Assembly: GCA_002633005.1 (NCBI GenBank)
Contig: NMRA01000023.1
Coordinates: 1,050,194 to 1,114,193 of the forward strand
Direction: 5' to 3'
Source of the DNA: Phoronis australis
Taxonomy: Eukaryota > Animalia > Phoronida
Length of the DNA: 64,000 nucleotides
Shown: positions 25,128 to 38,592 of the stretch, piece after piece
How positions within the stretch are numbered: position 1 is the stretch's first letter
Layout of the letters: each line of letters starts with the position of its first letter
The notes under the pieces: model-generated
What the model was told of the DNA's origin: nothing
Database searches by the model: none
The model's input: the letters and a program-made list of their open reading frames with translations, nothing else
Program-made: the position numbers and the translations under genes

Positions 25128-28100
25128 CAACTAGGAAATAGCGATTTGTTGATTATTTAAAACATTGACCTACATGTACCAAGGATTTTTGCCAAAGTAG
25201 ATAAAAGCATTCATAGGTCGGAAGCATGGAGAAAATACTTTCTCCATGAGCAGTTCCACCAATCCCTGGACATGGATTTCTGTACTGCTGTAATGTTAGT
25301 ACCAAGTAGACCTTTAGAAATCGACCATTATCCCATAGGCCGTGTCATATGCTCTGGTTAGACACCGAAATAAATCCATTAACTTTACCAGACATCTGGT
25401 GCGCCGTGTGCGTACATTCAAATGGGCGGGTGGGAGCGTGACGTGAATTGCTTAAACAATATTTGCTTTCATTTTGAAAACTCACACGTAAGTTTTACAA
25501 TGTTGGCGCATCTTTACTGTGTAGGAGACTCATGGGCCAGAAAGCGAGCATATAAAGTGCTTATGGAAATAAGACACAAACATTTTGCTTCAGGGAGTGT
25601 TATACATGTACATTATCCTGAATAAATGAAATGCTATAACAAAAATAGCAAAAAATCTAGGGAACAGGAAACAAGTTCATATAATGAAACGTGGTTTATC
25701 ATTAGGTTCTGTAGTTGTGCTTTGTTCCAAACTTGCTATATCAATGTAACGGTGAATTCCGTTAATCCTTCATTTCGAGTTAGGCAAGAACACCCGAGTC
25801 CTGCCAACACTACTGCTTTATTGCACTCCTCAACCAGAACGCCAACACGCAGCCGGCCACAAACCACGTAAAACTGTGGTAATTTTCCTAACAATTGCCA
25901 ACATAATCCGTATATTTACATATAAACGGAGTATGAGTTACAACAACCAGGGGTAGGGGTCAACCACTTCAATGTTAATGTTGAAAGAGAAAATTAATCA
26001 TACACCATGACGCAAAATCTTATCTTTTGCAAAAAATCCGAACATGTGACTTAAATTTGACAACAAAAGAGTGCTTTGTTTTTAATACAAAAGAAAATAG
26101 TCACTTTTTCTTAATCATGATTTCCTGCTTCGGGGAGTTATTTTTAATCATTAGTTTTCGTTGTTCTTTGGATATTGGATTTCTACCAAGTTTTGTTCCC
26201 ACTTATTTCCCTCCAAATATATCCTAGGTTGAATTTTCATTTTACATCACATGCCCTCAGGAAGATAAAAGTTATTTTGGGGGCATAAACCAGTTCGACG
26301 TCGCCAACCTACCTCCTTCCTATCGCCACCGCCCCCCGTTCTCTGGATGTCACCATATTTGTACCGACCCTCCGCCTCACNGGGGGGGGGGTACCTGAGA
26401 TGCAGCCATCAGGATTTGAGTAGCCGTGAACCAACAAAGTTCAACGGATAGTAAGAATAGGTCTAGAGCCAGCGCACTGACGGGTAGCTGGGTTCCAACA
26501 GTGGATTCAATGAACTAGAGCTAGTCGCTGGTCAGCGCAGCTGTGATTCACCTGAGACAGGCAGCTTAGCTTGTACCTATTCCTCTGCGCTGGCTTTAAA
26601 GTCAAGATTCCTTTTATTGTGATCAAGTTTCGGGAAAATTCATTTTGTCATGGCCATTCTTTGAAGGAAATTTTTGGAAAAGTGAGGTCCCGAAGTCCCT
26701 GATATGAGTGTCTTTGCAGCCGTTTCAAAATCGGTCGATGAAACACATCCGGTAGGCCTAGTCCACTTTCTTGTGGCTGGGGGAAATGATACTGAGTGTG
26801 TCCCAAAAATGTACACACTTCAACGCTTGGAGTTCAAATTCAGCTCCCGTGGATTACGGATATTCTGCGCAGAACCACTTCATAGTTGCACCTTATTTTT
26901 GCCGTGGTGCGTCAGTCATCACGTGCTCTGTGTGTGTAGTACGCACAGTTATGGAAAGCAAATGATTCGGTTTTGGAGAAAATTCGTTGCGCAATACTAT
27001 TGAAAACTAACAACATCAAGGAAGTGCAATGAGAACCTTTCCCAGTTGATGAGCAATAAATTTAATTTTGTTTATTTAAGTGCTTAAACTTCTTCGATCT
27101 ACGGTTTGTGAAATTAAACCCCCCTAATCTATTTCCTAAGTCAATGAACAGTTTATAATCATTTGAATTGTGAGAAATTTTTAGGACATTTGTAGAGCTG
27201 TCCGACATTCATTAATATCTTTGAGTCTTCTTTCAGATAGACGAATCAAATCGTTTAGTGTACTTTTGTATTTGGAGATCTGATGGTAGATCGAAGTTTT
27301 CCAATGATTGCTTGCAACTAAGTTCGTTGAAGCATAGTCATTTCTTACTAGATTAGCTTCTAATTGTAAAAAAATCATCAGCCAATCAGCTCGTTTTCGT
27401 AAATACATCAACATGTAATTCAGAAACCAACAACCGAATACATGAGCAATACGTTTAACTTGATTTAATGACTTAATTCCTTTTTGATCCCATGTTAGTG
27501 AGTTTAAACTACAAATCTTGTACCGAAGTTAAAAAGCAATGCATTTATTCAGTAATTTTTTGGGAATTGTCCAAATTTCACCAATGTCTGAGAGTTATTT
27601 TAGATAGGCAAGAAGCGTGCAAGTACACTTTACTATTTAGGGATCTGATTATAGAGATTTTTCCATATTGAGGCTTCAACTCAAGTCACTGAAACATCAT
27701 CATTTCTTAAAATATTAGCTTCTAATTGCCAAAATCATTTATTAACCTGTTGGTTTTCGTAGATACACAAACACGCAAATCAGAAACCAACGAATTGTTT
27801 ATCAAAACGGAATGTACATGTAAGCAATTTCCGCAGGCATGATCGCAGATATTTTTACGGGTAACCCGGGGAACATGGGAGATGGGCATTCATGTTAAAG
27901 TGTATTTTTGCTCATTTCCGAGGTACGTATAACGGTTCACGAGTTTAACTTGAACTCAAAAAAAAAACGCTGAAATATTTGTTGATTATGGCGAGTTTTT
28001 TGTACACGGTCATCACAAATCGTAGCCTCCAGTCTTTTCGACATTTGTGAATTCATTACAAACAGTTCCTAGTAACGACTTTCAAAAGTTCTTGTGATAC

Positions 28101-29758
28101 TATTGGAAAAATATAACATTATTTATAACTAACCGTCGAAAATAGCCTTTTTTGTAATTCACAAATACTGATTTTCACGTTCTTCAAAGTTCAAACTTTT
28201 TGATGGAGGTCAATCCTATTGTATTTTTTACATTTTTGGTCGTTTGAGTCGAATGTTTTGATATTGCTGTGCTGTGCATGGTTGCTTTAGGTTTTTGATA
28301 AATTTGGAATCTCAACTCCTCGTGAGTACTTGGCAGTGCGCGATTTACATGTACATGTATAGAGGGATACCCGAACCGCCCCATTGATAGGGGGTCCCGT
28401 CTGAAATGGGACATCTAAGATGAAAGGCTACGCATCATTAAGCTTGGAAAAGAGCGACAGTTCATTCCATTGTCGGGTGACCTTGCAAGAAGTGACTTTT
28501 CTCAGCATGAAAGCCGGTTGTACGATTTCACAAAAAGCAGAGATAATCGATTCCAGCATTGGGCCCTCTCTTCGTGAGCGGCCCCTTAAGAATTTACCAA
28601 TCAAAGCACGAAGAGGGTGGCCACTTGAATGTCATCAATGGTCCTCTTCAAAAGCTGGGCCCCTAAATATGAAAAGATGTATATGGTCAAAAGTCAGAAA
28701 ATTTGCAGCAATTGATGTTATCTGCCAGACCATCAATTTTTTTCAAGTGATGCAGTTTTGTGACAGAAAAACACGAAAAATAGAGCGACAGTTGTCTTTG
28801 TTATCCTTAAAAATCCAGTGATTCAATATGCTCCGCAAAAGCTTCGCTTTACGAATTTTCTCGATTTTTCGAAATACATATATGAATGATGAAGTGCGCG
28901 TTTTCAACTGCGTTTAGACGACCTACATGTATGCAGAAACAACAATGTCCTGGCCAGAGCCCTCCAAATGTAAAACGTGCACCGATATTGAGTTGTTAAG
29001 TGTTCTCTTGAATTTTCTCTGTTATCGTATTCGTAGTCTTTCTTTTCTCGACTGTGGCTGGCCCCAAGCCTATGTCGGTTCCCCCGGTTTAACCCTCAGT
29101 CACGCAAATTTTGGGGGCACGGGCCCTCCCAGGCCTCTAGCTTCCCACGGCCCTGTTCCTTATCCCACCGTGTTACATTCTGACAACGCATGGACACGGG
29201 TGTACGAAATTCCAAGCCTGTCAGTTGTTAACGCGCGCGGGTTTTATTCGCTCGTGCGTTAATCTAGGCCACGGGTGCATCAAATAACACGTTAAGAAAA
29301 TTGCTTTGCAGGTGTGTGTAACGTGTCGCATGCCCGTTGTAGTTATGGTAGTTTCTCCGGTTCTAAACAGTTCAGTTTTGTGACTTTTTAGACTGAGGTT
29401 GTGTTATGTTTTACAGTGCTCTTGTGCTTTGCTTTGTCACTTATATACATGTCTCGCCAGTATTGGCCCAAAATCTGTCACAACGAGACTGAACTACATG
29501 TAACATAAAGCCGCACTTGAAATGACTGGATGTATGAATTCTAAGTACATCCCTGTTAGATTTGTGTTTATCAGGGTACGAGTTTCTTGTAACTGAATTA
29601 CGTATTGTTTGAGTTGACCTCAAGACCAAGTTTTTTCTGCAGTTTGCTATTGGATGGTTGACTATAAACGCATGTACATGCACAATGATTTATTGTTGTT
29701 TTATTTCTACAGGTCAGTAATCACAACACGGAAACATTTTCTGAAACCCATTCAGGGC

Positions 29759-32700
29759 ATGATGTCTCCTGTTGAGGAACCCGCCGACCATATGTTAGCA
29801 AAAAACTTAGTAGAAATTCGCGAAAAAGCCAAGGAATGGGGACTGTCGGACAGCGATATCGATATATGCATAGAAAAGATACTCCAGGAATGGAAAGACG
29901 AAGAGAGGAGCCCTATTAAGAAGTTTTTGGTTAAAATCTGCAAGTGGTTTGCGGTTTTTGTCCTGGCTTTAGGTTTGTTGACTGTGGCAGACGATTCGAT
30001 CAATAATGGGAAGGTGCTAACTGCTGTGGTGTTGAAGGTGACGCAGTATACTGCCCAATTCGATCACCCTATGTTTCGATTATGGAGAAGTTTGTGGTTA
30101 CCGTTGAACATATCAACAGGTAAGAACTTGCTAGAGCGAAGCTTAAGTATCGACTGCTACGGGGAATATTTCATGCTAGGGCTTAGGTTCATAGTTTATG
30201 TATAATTACGTACACCGGTATATACACCTGGAAAATTCTATTTTGCCACCAAGTTAATTCATTCCACCGCAGTGAAGCTATTTCTGCACTCGGTCGTGAG
30301 CTTCCAATTCACCACTTGGCGTGTTTCCACCAATCTCTGTATCGGATTTACCACATTTCGGGCAGTAATTCTCTGACCGCCAACGGTACGGTTGGATGGC
30401 GCTCAACTTTTCTGAGCCTCCGCGGTTGAGGGTAGACGAAAATATCGCTGACAATTCAGTAGGTGGTAGAAAAGTTAGCCAGAAATTCATTATGACAGGC
30501 TAGTGAAATGAATATAGGCATAATGACGCATGCTGATTTCTGAGTAGACAACTTGTTCGTTTACACTAGGCATTCTTGATAAAAAGTTCTATGAAGCGTT
30601 TCGTCTTTTTCACAAGAGGTCTGTTAAAACGCAAACAACGTACAGATTGTTACATGTATGAGTACTAATCTAGTGAAAATAACACGCAGCTACAACCTAT
30701 TTACTGCACCTTGATTGTGGCGATAAACTGCACAGACTGCTTTTCTTTCGTTTAGCTTACTACGACGAAAATTGTGTGATTTACAACCCTGCCTATACCT
30801 ATAAGATGCCCTATTGTTCGTGTGTCAAGTACAAAGCCGTAAGAGATGCGACCCGTTATAACCGCGTGGTGAGATGGAAAAATCAGTACCGTCCTTTCAC
30901 AATACAGGTATTAATTAAGGTTTTTTGTAAACAAGAGAATTTAAGCATTATTCTTGTTTGCAAAAGAAGCGTAATTTTTTTACTTTATGGAGACACTGCA
31001 CTATGCACTTTAGGTAGCCTTCTCTCGGGTTCGCAGCTGGAACGGATTTTTTTTCAACTGTGGTGTTGTTAGAAGGGTAACAGCTTATTTGATAACCTTA
31101 TATTTTTGTCATATAGGTAAGGTAAAACTTTAATTGTTAATCATACACAATGCTTTTCTAAGCAATAGCCTGTGTTTCTTTGTTAGTTGCTATCAATGAT
31201 CAAGGGATTGGTGTATTTCATGTATTGCGTGAATAGTTCAAACCTGTACTGCTTAACACGTGTCACTATATGTAAATTAGCTACTGTCCAATGCTGTTTT
31301 CTCAATCAGCTAAATACACCGATTTGGAAGCTTGATTGGGGTGAATTCAGCCATTGGGTGCGCCTGCACGTTTTGTGAGTACGTGTTTGTATACTTTCAT
31401 TTTTGTGTTCATAGAACGCTGAGCAACCGGAAGTTACTTTGGAAGACCTCAAGGAAACATTTCAAAAACACGATGGTCTCTTGGAAGTGGGAACTGTTCT
31501 CTTTGATTCAAACAACGATAACGTAGCGGCCGTTAGAGATATGTTTTCCGAAGAGGGTTCCCAAGTTATGGTAACAGATGAACAGATTCATGTTACGTGG
31601 TAAGAAGGCTTGTTCCTTTGACTAACTCGGTCATTTCTGTCCATTACCAGCATTACTGCGTCATTTTATCTTCACTTGAGAATGAAACAAGTATGTTTCG
31701 AAATATCGTGTGTCTTTTAATTATTTCGCTAGGTCAGTTATTGTATCTATATCACTTTCTGCTTGAGTTTGTCTCAAATTGTTCTTTACACCAGTGATGA
31801 TGCTTGGTCTTGCAACGAAATTCAATGAGTTCGTTATTTCTCGTGACCAAGCTCGGCGAAAAAACTGACACGCCATAACATGTCAACTTATAACGCCTGG
31901 ATTATGTTTCATCAAAGTGACTGACAATTACGTTCCCACTTCACTAACATTTGCTGAAAAAGTAAAATATGAACGCATGACAGTCTAGAATTAAAAATAG
32001 AAATAAGCTTAGTACATTCTCATGGACTTAACACTTTTGCTCAATGACACCGTGGTCGATAAGGATGCAATGGCGCTGCTTCGGAGAGCAGACTTGCCTA
32101 AAAAGAAAGGTGACTCGAAAATATTTCTGCGATGCTCTTACGTTATTATCATTAAGTATGTATACATATGCATCGAGCCACGTACTTGTCTACTTTTCTT
32201 AACAAATTGCATCTCTTGTTTTTTTGTTATAGGGAGACCAGAAGAATACTCGCCTCCACGGTGTGGCGCCAGTTGTTCCTGCGTCCGAAATTTGTCTCAA
32301 ACACTTCGGAAGTCTCCGTTGAAAAATATTTGTTCTTAGACGGTCCTCAGACGACATTTGCTATGGTAAGTTTTTTATTCTGTTCGCAAAGGTGCGCGTT
32401 AACTTTGTCATTAAAATGATGTTACATCCCGTTTTAAATAGCAAATGCTAAATAATTAAATGTTGAAAAATTGTCAGCAACTCTTATCGAACTTAAAAAA
32501 ATTTTAAAAATTGGAAAAAGTTCGAAAACTCGTTACCAAGTCTGCCAGTTCGACGAGCGCTGGCCTAATTCTTTGGGAGTTAACGCGGCTCACACTGTCT
32601 CCCGTCGTTAAAGAAATCAATTATTCAATACAGATTACAGGGACTTTGCTCTTTGAAATTTCTCTAATCTTAATCCTAAATCTTATGAGAAATTGTTTCA

Positions 32701-35700
32701 GTCTTTTTCAGGGAAGAACTGATAAGTCGTTAATGCTCGAAAACTTAGCCGGAGCACAAAACGATCACTTAACCGAACCTGACCTTGAACAATAACGAAC
32801 CGTAAGATCTTCCAATTCACAGGAACCTCTCTAGTCTGAGTAGACCAAATAAAACAGCAACAGGCCCAAATCAAAAATTGTTTTTGACGGAAGGTGGGCT
32901 GATTGCTGCTTAGTCGACGATCAACTGTTAGATGCGACTGTTTGTACCACAGGATCTGTTTTTTTACTCCAGGTGAAGTGTGTTAAGTTTAAGCATTATT
33001 TAGCTAACTAGCTAAATAATGCTTGAACTTTCCCGGGAAGTGTTAAATGTAGAGAAACGGGTTGCAGGCTCATTTTGGAATGAAAACACCAAAACACTGA
33101 GAATTTTGTATTCTTTTAAAAGTTGTCGGTTTCCCGATTGAACACATTTCGTCAGGACTATATGAACTCGCGCGGGTACATCGAAGGCTACGACTATAAC
33201 GCAACACTCCTGCATGCAAAAAAATAAAGCGCTACAGAAGTTGTGAGGTCAATGAAAATGAAGTGACGTCGTACAGAAGGCCCCATTTTACGACAAAGAA
33301 CAAACGCAATTAAGGAAAGAAAAAACGAGGCATGTGAGAATTTGATGAGACTGAACGTCAAAGCACGTGTAACTTTATTTTGCTAGTGGAAATACTGCAA
33401 CCTTTTGTTTCAATGATTTTTGCAGCCAAATTTTATTCAGCGGGCTGCGTCAAGCGTCTCCAACTCTTACTATATTCAGTCGCACGGACGGCGTCTGTTG
33501 ACGTTGACGCCAGTACCCAGTTGCCAAGAACAATGCAGCGAGCTGACGGTTGTGATGAATACCACAAATATATGTAAGTTTTTAAAGGTAGATTCACACC
33601 TCCAACAAAAATACGAAAGTTTTGATAGACATGAAAGAACTTAATGCAAAGATTCTTATTGCTGCCGAAGATTAAACCAACTTGATAATTACTCTCGCCA
33701 TTATTGATACTGTCATGATGCACAGTTCAGTCAGACGGCCAAAACTTGATCAGACGTCTAAATTAATGTTTATTGGATGTTAGAAGCAAACAACACATTC
33801 TCACAGTTATCTGCTAATGTCACTGGTCACTGTTTGGGGAGGGGGGGCGGGGGGTGCCAAGCTTAACATTGAGAACTACTGTACGCTGTAACAAACTTAT
33901 TAATGTTTTAAGTTGTGACTGTTCTCTTTATACTTGGAGAATCTCCCTGTACATGTACACATGATACTTGTGTACCTCAAATAATCTCCTGTTGCTGATG
34001 ACACCTCAAGCCCTCAACCCCAAGCGATTTGTACACTAATTTGGCCATAAAAGGTTACGATGATAAAAAGGGCTAGTGTTTTCACAACGCCAAAGGCTTT
34101 GATTGGCTGGTCACAACATTTCACATGTTCTGAAAATTCGTGTAATAGTTTACATAGAAGAAAGAAAGTGAAGATTAAATCCAACCACAAAATCCGTACA
34201 TAGGTCATCCCGTTATAGGCAAACTAATGCGTTTTTTTTGGAAACGCTGGAACACGACCCCAAATGTATCACCATGGCCTTTTATTCAAATTTAAGGACA
34301 CATCATTTCTTCTGATATGAGACCAGTCCCAGTTCCTATTTCTCTTGTTTACTGACAATCCACCATGATCTTTACTAATTGAATTAATACAGTGTTGACT
34401 GGCTAAACCATTCCATGAAAATATTGAATTTAAAAAAATAATAACAAAGCAAACCAGCACGAAGTGTCGTAAAGTTTAAAATGACGAAGGTTGTCTTTTA
34501 GTCGAAATAATTTGTTTCCAAAGAAAATGTTTAATTGGCCTACTGGTCTTCAGTTCGAGTGTAAACCCATAACGACTTGGTCTTATTGCTGGTAATTTAT
34601 GGTATGTTTATTGTAGACCACCAAAACTGGCATGATCAGTTTTCTTGAGTGAACTCGTACCTGTAGGACAGACAGATATCGAATCATCAGAACATAACAT
34701 TCACCTAGCCGTTTTTACAAAATTTCTATTTTCGATGCGGTACATTGGGAATTTGTAAGCCAGTGATGTTATTCACAATAGAGTTACATGTAATCGTGGC
34801 GCTTCCACATGGGGGTGCACCATAGGGGCCTGGGGCTACAGCCCTCCACTTAGTTCAGTGCTGCGCCGCCCACGTACCTGAAAGTGAAATTATGCGCAAG
34901 GACAACGTAATTGCCAAGTCCAGAAAAACGATGTACTGATTACTGATTTATAATTTACAAGTTCTTGGATGAAGTACTAATTACTTGGATGTTGTTTAAG
35001 AACAGTGGAAGACAGTTAAGTGCTTGAAAAAGACAGTTCTACAAAATGAATAGTTTGGGCAGATGAAAAAAACTGTTTCATACCAAATTTTACCATTTCT
35101 CGAACTTTGAGCCAATGTGAACATGAGCTAAAAACTATTTGTACTTTTTCATGAAAGAAAATGAAAATGGCTGATATATCTCCTACCTAAACTACATATG
35201 CAATGAAGTCAGAACTGTACCAGCAACTTTCCTGTAGTAGATGGCGCTAGTAATTGTAACGTGAACTTCAGTCGAACTTCTTTTTATAACAGAATAAAAA
35301 TATCTTTAAAAGGATGAAAGGTTTGCTTCAAAAAAAAAAAAAAAAAACTAATTCAAATAACCACAGGAGTGTATCCACAGAAAAAAACTTTGTACGTTCT
35401 ACAGCAGTGCCACCGATCATACCCGGAATGCGTGTAATGGCAACACGCAGGCATGGCAACCCTCCACTGGATTTTTAAAGTTATGCTGCTGGTACTGGTG
35501 GTAATTATGGCAAACCTTTGATCATGCCANTGCTTGAAAAAGACAGTTCTACAAAATGAATATTTTGGGCAGATGAAAAAAACTGTTTCATACCAAATTT
35601 TACCATTTCTCGAACTTTGAGCCAATGTGAACATGAGCTAAAAACTATTTGTACTTGTTCATGAAAGAAATATGAAAATGGCTGATATATCTCCTACCTA

Positions 35701-37776
35701 AACTACATATGCAATGAAGTCAGAACTGTACCAGCAACTTTCCTGTAGTAGATGACGCTAGTAATTGTAACGTGAACTTCAGTCGAACTTCTTTTTATAA
35801 CAGAATAAAAATATCTTTAAAAGGATGAAAGGTTTACTTCAAAAAAAAAAAACTAATTCAAATAACCACAGGAGTGTATCCACAGAAAAAAACTTTGTAC
35901 GTTCTACAGCAGTGCCACCGATCATACCCGGAATGCGTGTAATGGCAACACGCAGGCATGGCAACCCTCCACTGGATTTTTAAAGTTATGCTGCTGGTAC
36001 TGGTGGTAATTATGGCAAACCTTTGATCATGCCATAAGTAGATGCCTTATTTAATTCACCATGTTGTGTGCGTTTTAAGCAGTTTTAAAGAAGCAGTTGA
36101 TTAAAAGTTTATTCACAGTAAATTTTCAAAACTGTGCTACTGGTTTTCATCTGATTAATGCAAATTTGGTTAATGCAAATCCACATGTATTGCGTCCCCT
36201 GTACGCAGCTTTTATGTTGTTAAGAAGGCTATTTTGTGCACGTGAGTTGCCTTAGCAACCATTTCTGGATTTTCAAAATTTATCTACTGGTTAAGATACA
36301 TAGTTGATAAAGCAAACAGGCAGTTATTTTGTCTGAAATTTCGTTGCTGTGTGGCGTGCGCAGCTCAGTATACTGTTGTTATTCCAAAATACCTGGTTAC
36401 CATGGTAACAACAAATATTCAATAAGCTTGGTAGCTCCCCTATGTTTTAGGGAGGGTCACTAAAAATACTTCTAACATGACTGCCATCAAACCTAGTTGT
36501 CTTAACAGTCAAAATATCTGGTTACCATGATAAGACAACCTAGGTGTTTCAAAAAAGAGCCACTCAAAACACTCTGGGCGTATTTGCCCGCTTCTAAAAT
36601 CACTTTTCTTTCAAACCTGAAACAGCCGATTTTTGGTGGAAAAATTCCTGTTTAACATGGCAACAGGGCATATTTCAGCTTGGCAACCCCCAATGTCGGG
36701 AGGTAACTATATTACTTTGAACATGGTTAGGAACTTCTACCATGACTTCAACCAAACCCAAAATTGCTGATTATATATCTTAGGATGATTTGATGACAGC
36801 TGCAAGTTATAAATCCCGAAATTCTCTCGAAAAGAAGTTGTCCCCGGGCCTCCATTTCAGAAATGTTTAGCAGTAGACTAAAGACTAAGGTTTTGTGTCG
36901 ACGTCTGACAAGGGCATAGAACGAACGGAAATTTGTTGTTTTATCACTTTTAATGGTTAATGTTGTATAATATTTTTACCGTATGTGTGTATGCGTGCGT
37001 GCGTGCGTGTGTGCGTGTGTNNNNNNNNNNNNNNNNNNNNNNNNNNNNNNNNNNNNNNNNNNNNNNNNNNNNNNNNNNNNNNNNNNNNNNNNNNNNNNNN
37101 NNNNNNNNNNNNNNNNNNNNNNNNNNNNNNNNNNNNNNNNNNNNNNNNNNNNNNNNNNNNNNNNNNNNNNNNNNNNNNNNNNNNNNNNNNNNNNNNNNGG
37201 GGGGTGGTTCGAATTTCTAGAATGGTGGACCTTTGATATTTTGCAAACGTCGACAATGTAGAGTAAGGCCTTTGACGCAGCAAGGAAGGAAAATCTGTAT
37301 ACACAACGGCCGGTGACTCTCAACCCTTATGTTCATGAGATGAGACGGAACTTGCAATACCACAAATGAGGATGCCGTGACGGCTAATCGCAGAGAACGG
37401 GACACAAATGTAGATGTAGTGTGGCCCAGAAAGAGAACGTTCTTGCGTTACCTCCTGCCAAAATTTCAAGTCAGCCATGGTTAACTGAGTGATTACACCT
37501 CATTACATACTCGAAGGGGTTCGATCGAACCTTCGAACCCCCCACACCCTCCCCCCGGCTACGGACCTGCACACACAAACACATATGCATATGTATGTAT
37601 GAATGTATGTCGAAGCATACGGTTTTGGAGAGACCAGCACTAGTTTCGAGTTCACCTGTCATTTACTTGGTGTTTTTTCAGTGTCGTTCAACCATGAATT
37701 ATGGCAAATTAAAAGCGCCCCAGTGGATCCAGCTGACAAGTTGAGCATTGCCTTTGTGGCGCATTTCGCGGCATGA
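29759..37776 (+). CDS. C6orf89/BRAP (bombesin receptor-activated protein)-like membrane protein, ~357 aa
   Basis: Six phase-consistent exons: 29759-30119 (acceptor at 29712), 30756-30907, 31415-31599, 32233-32365, 33426-33573, 37682-37776 (1074 nt). N-terminal AKEWGLSDSDI helix, one TM segment, RLWRSLWLPL..YDENCVIYNP..CSC, LFLRPKF..SEVSVEKYLFLD, YYIQSHG..LTPVPSCQEQC, LSFNHELW..SIAFVAHF. Family assignment is from recalled motif similarity. Confidence 0.8.
35021..36034 (+). repeat. ~505-bp direct duplication split by a single N (probable haplotype overlap artifact)
   Basis: 35021-35529 is nearly identical to 35531-36034 with N at 35530; the copies differ by a few SNPs and in poly-A length. Confidence 0.9.
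37021..37198. other. Assembly gap, preceded by a GT/GCGT microsatellite
   Basis: Run of N after tgtgtgtatgcgtgcgtgcgtg... Confidence 0.99.
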
Positions 37777-38576
37777 TGCAAACTAAAGCAGTGCAGATGA
37801 ATCGTTACTAGAACTGGATTACAACCCACGCAGTGCAGTAAACAGATCAAGTCGTGATGGCAAACTTCACAGGAACAAATCAAGTTAATGGCGGTGAATC
37901 AATCAATGAAGTCCGTTCATTCCATTATTTTGTCACGTACAGTATTAAAACCAAAACGAAAGGTAACACCAACGCATGAACCAAAACGATGTTCAAAGAA
38001 AGCGCTGCAAGGAGCTTTAAATCTTCAAACATGTGTCCCAGTCGACACGTTAGTCACATTCTCTTGTTACACGTACAGTAGTTACAGCTAGGGATGTCAC
38101 CATGAAATACAATTTACAACTGTTCTCCTGCTTTGTGTGCAATTTAATGATTCGCTGCAGTGCCGCATTGCACACCAGAGCAACGCCAAGCGTCGATATG
38201 CACCCAGGTGTGTGAATCGCGTACAGCTCAGACACAATCGATAATCATTATTTAAAAAAATCCGACTGAACTGAGCAATGCTAGTAATTGCCTCTGAGTG
38301 GGGGGGGAGGTGCAAAGTAAGTCAGAATTGTTCTCTTATCCTCCGTAGGAGCAAACCTGCCATCTTTAATCATGCTTCAAGTTTGGAGAATAGGGAGGCA
38401 ACCAACAAAGGACGCAAAATCAATAAGAAGCCCACCAGGGTGCGCAACGTAGGCCAAATCCACTTGAAACCGGACCGGTGTTATTTGATTTTAGGCCAAA
38501 CGTATTTGTCAAAATTCATATATATTTATCTATATTTATGATGGTGCATGAAACCACAAACAATTGTCATTAGTAT

Positions 38577-38592
38577 TTTATTATCATTTATT
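38577..38592 (-). terminator. Candidate tandem polyadenylation signals for TMEM41B
   Basis: Two AATAAA on the minus strand (38577-38582, 38587-38592), ~1.7 kb after the stop; other candidates exist. Confidence 0.35.

Noticed and set aside
28420-29262. 133-aa and 111-aa ORFs upstream of the C6orf89-like gene
   Set aside because: No recognisable motifs or splice context; probably repeat or promoter sequence.
32022-32110. Possible extra exon MDLTLLLNDTVVDK... in the C6orf89-like gene
   Set aside because: No good acceptor, and the flanking exons (31599>32233) already join in frame to form a Trp codon.
35021-36034. LTR pair or biological tandem duplication
   Set aside because: The copies abut at a single N, differ like alleles, and show no TG..CA ends or TSD; probable assembly overlap.
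36957-37323. Several ORFs in the supplied track
   Set aside because: They are read-through of the N gap and microsatellite.
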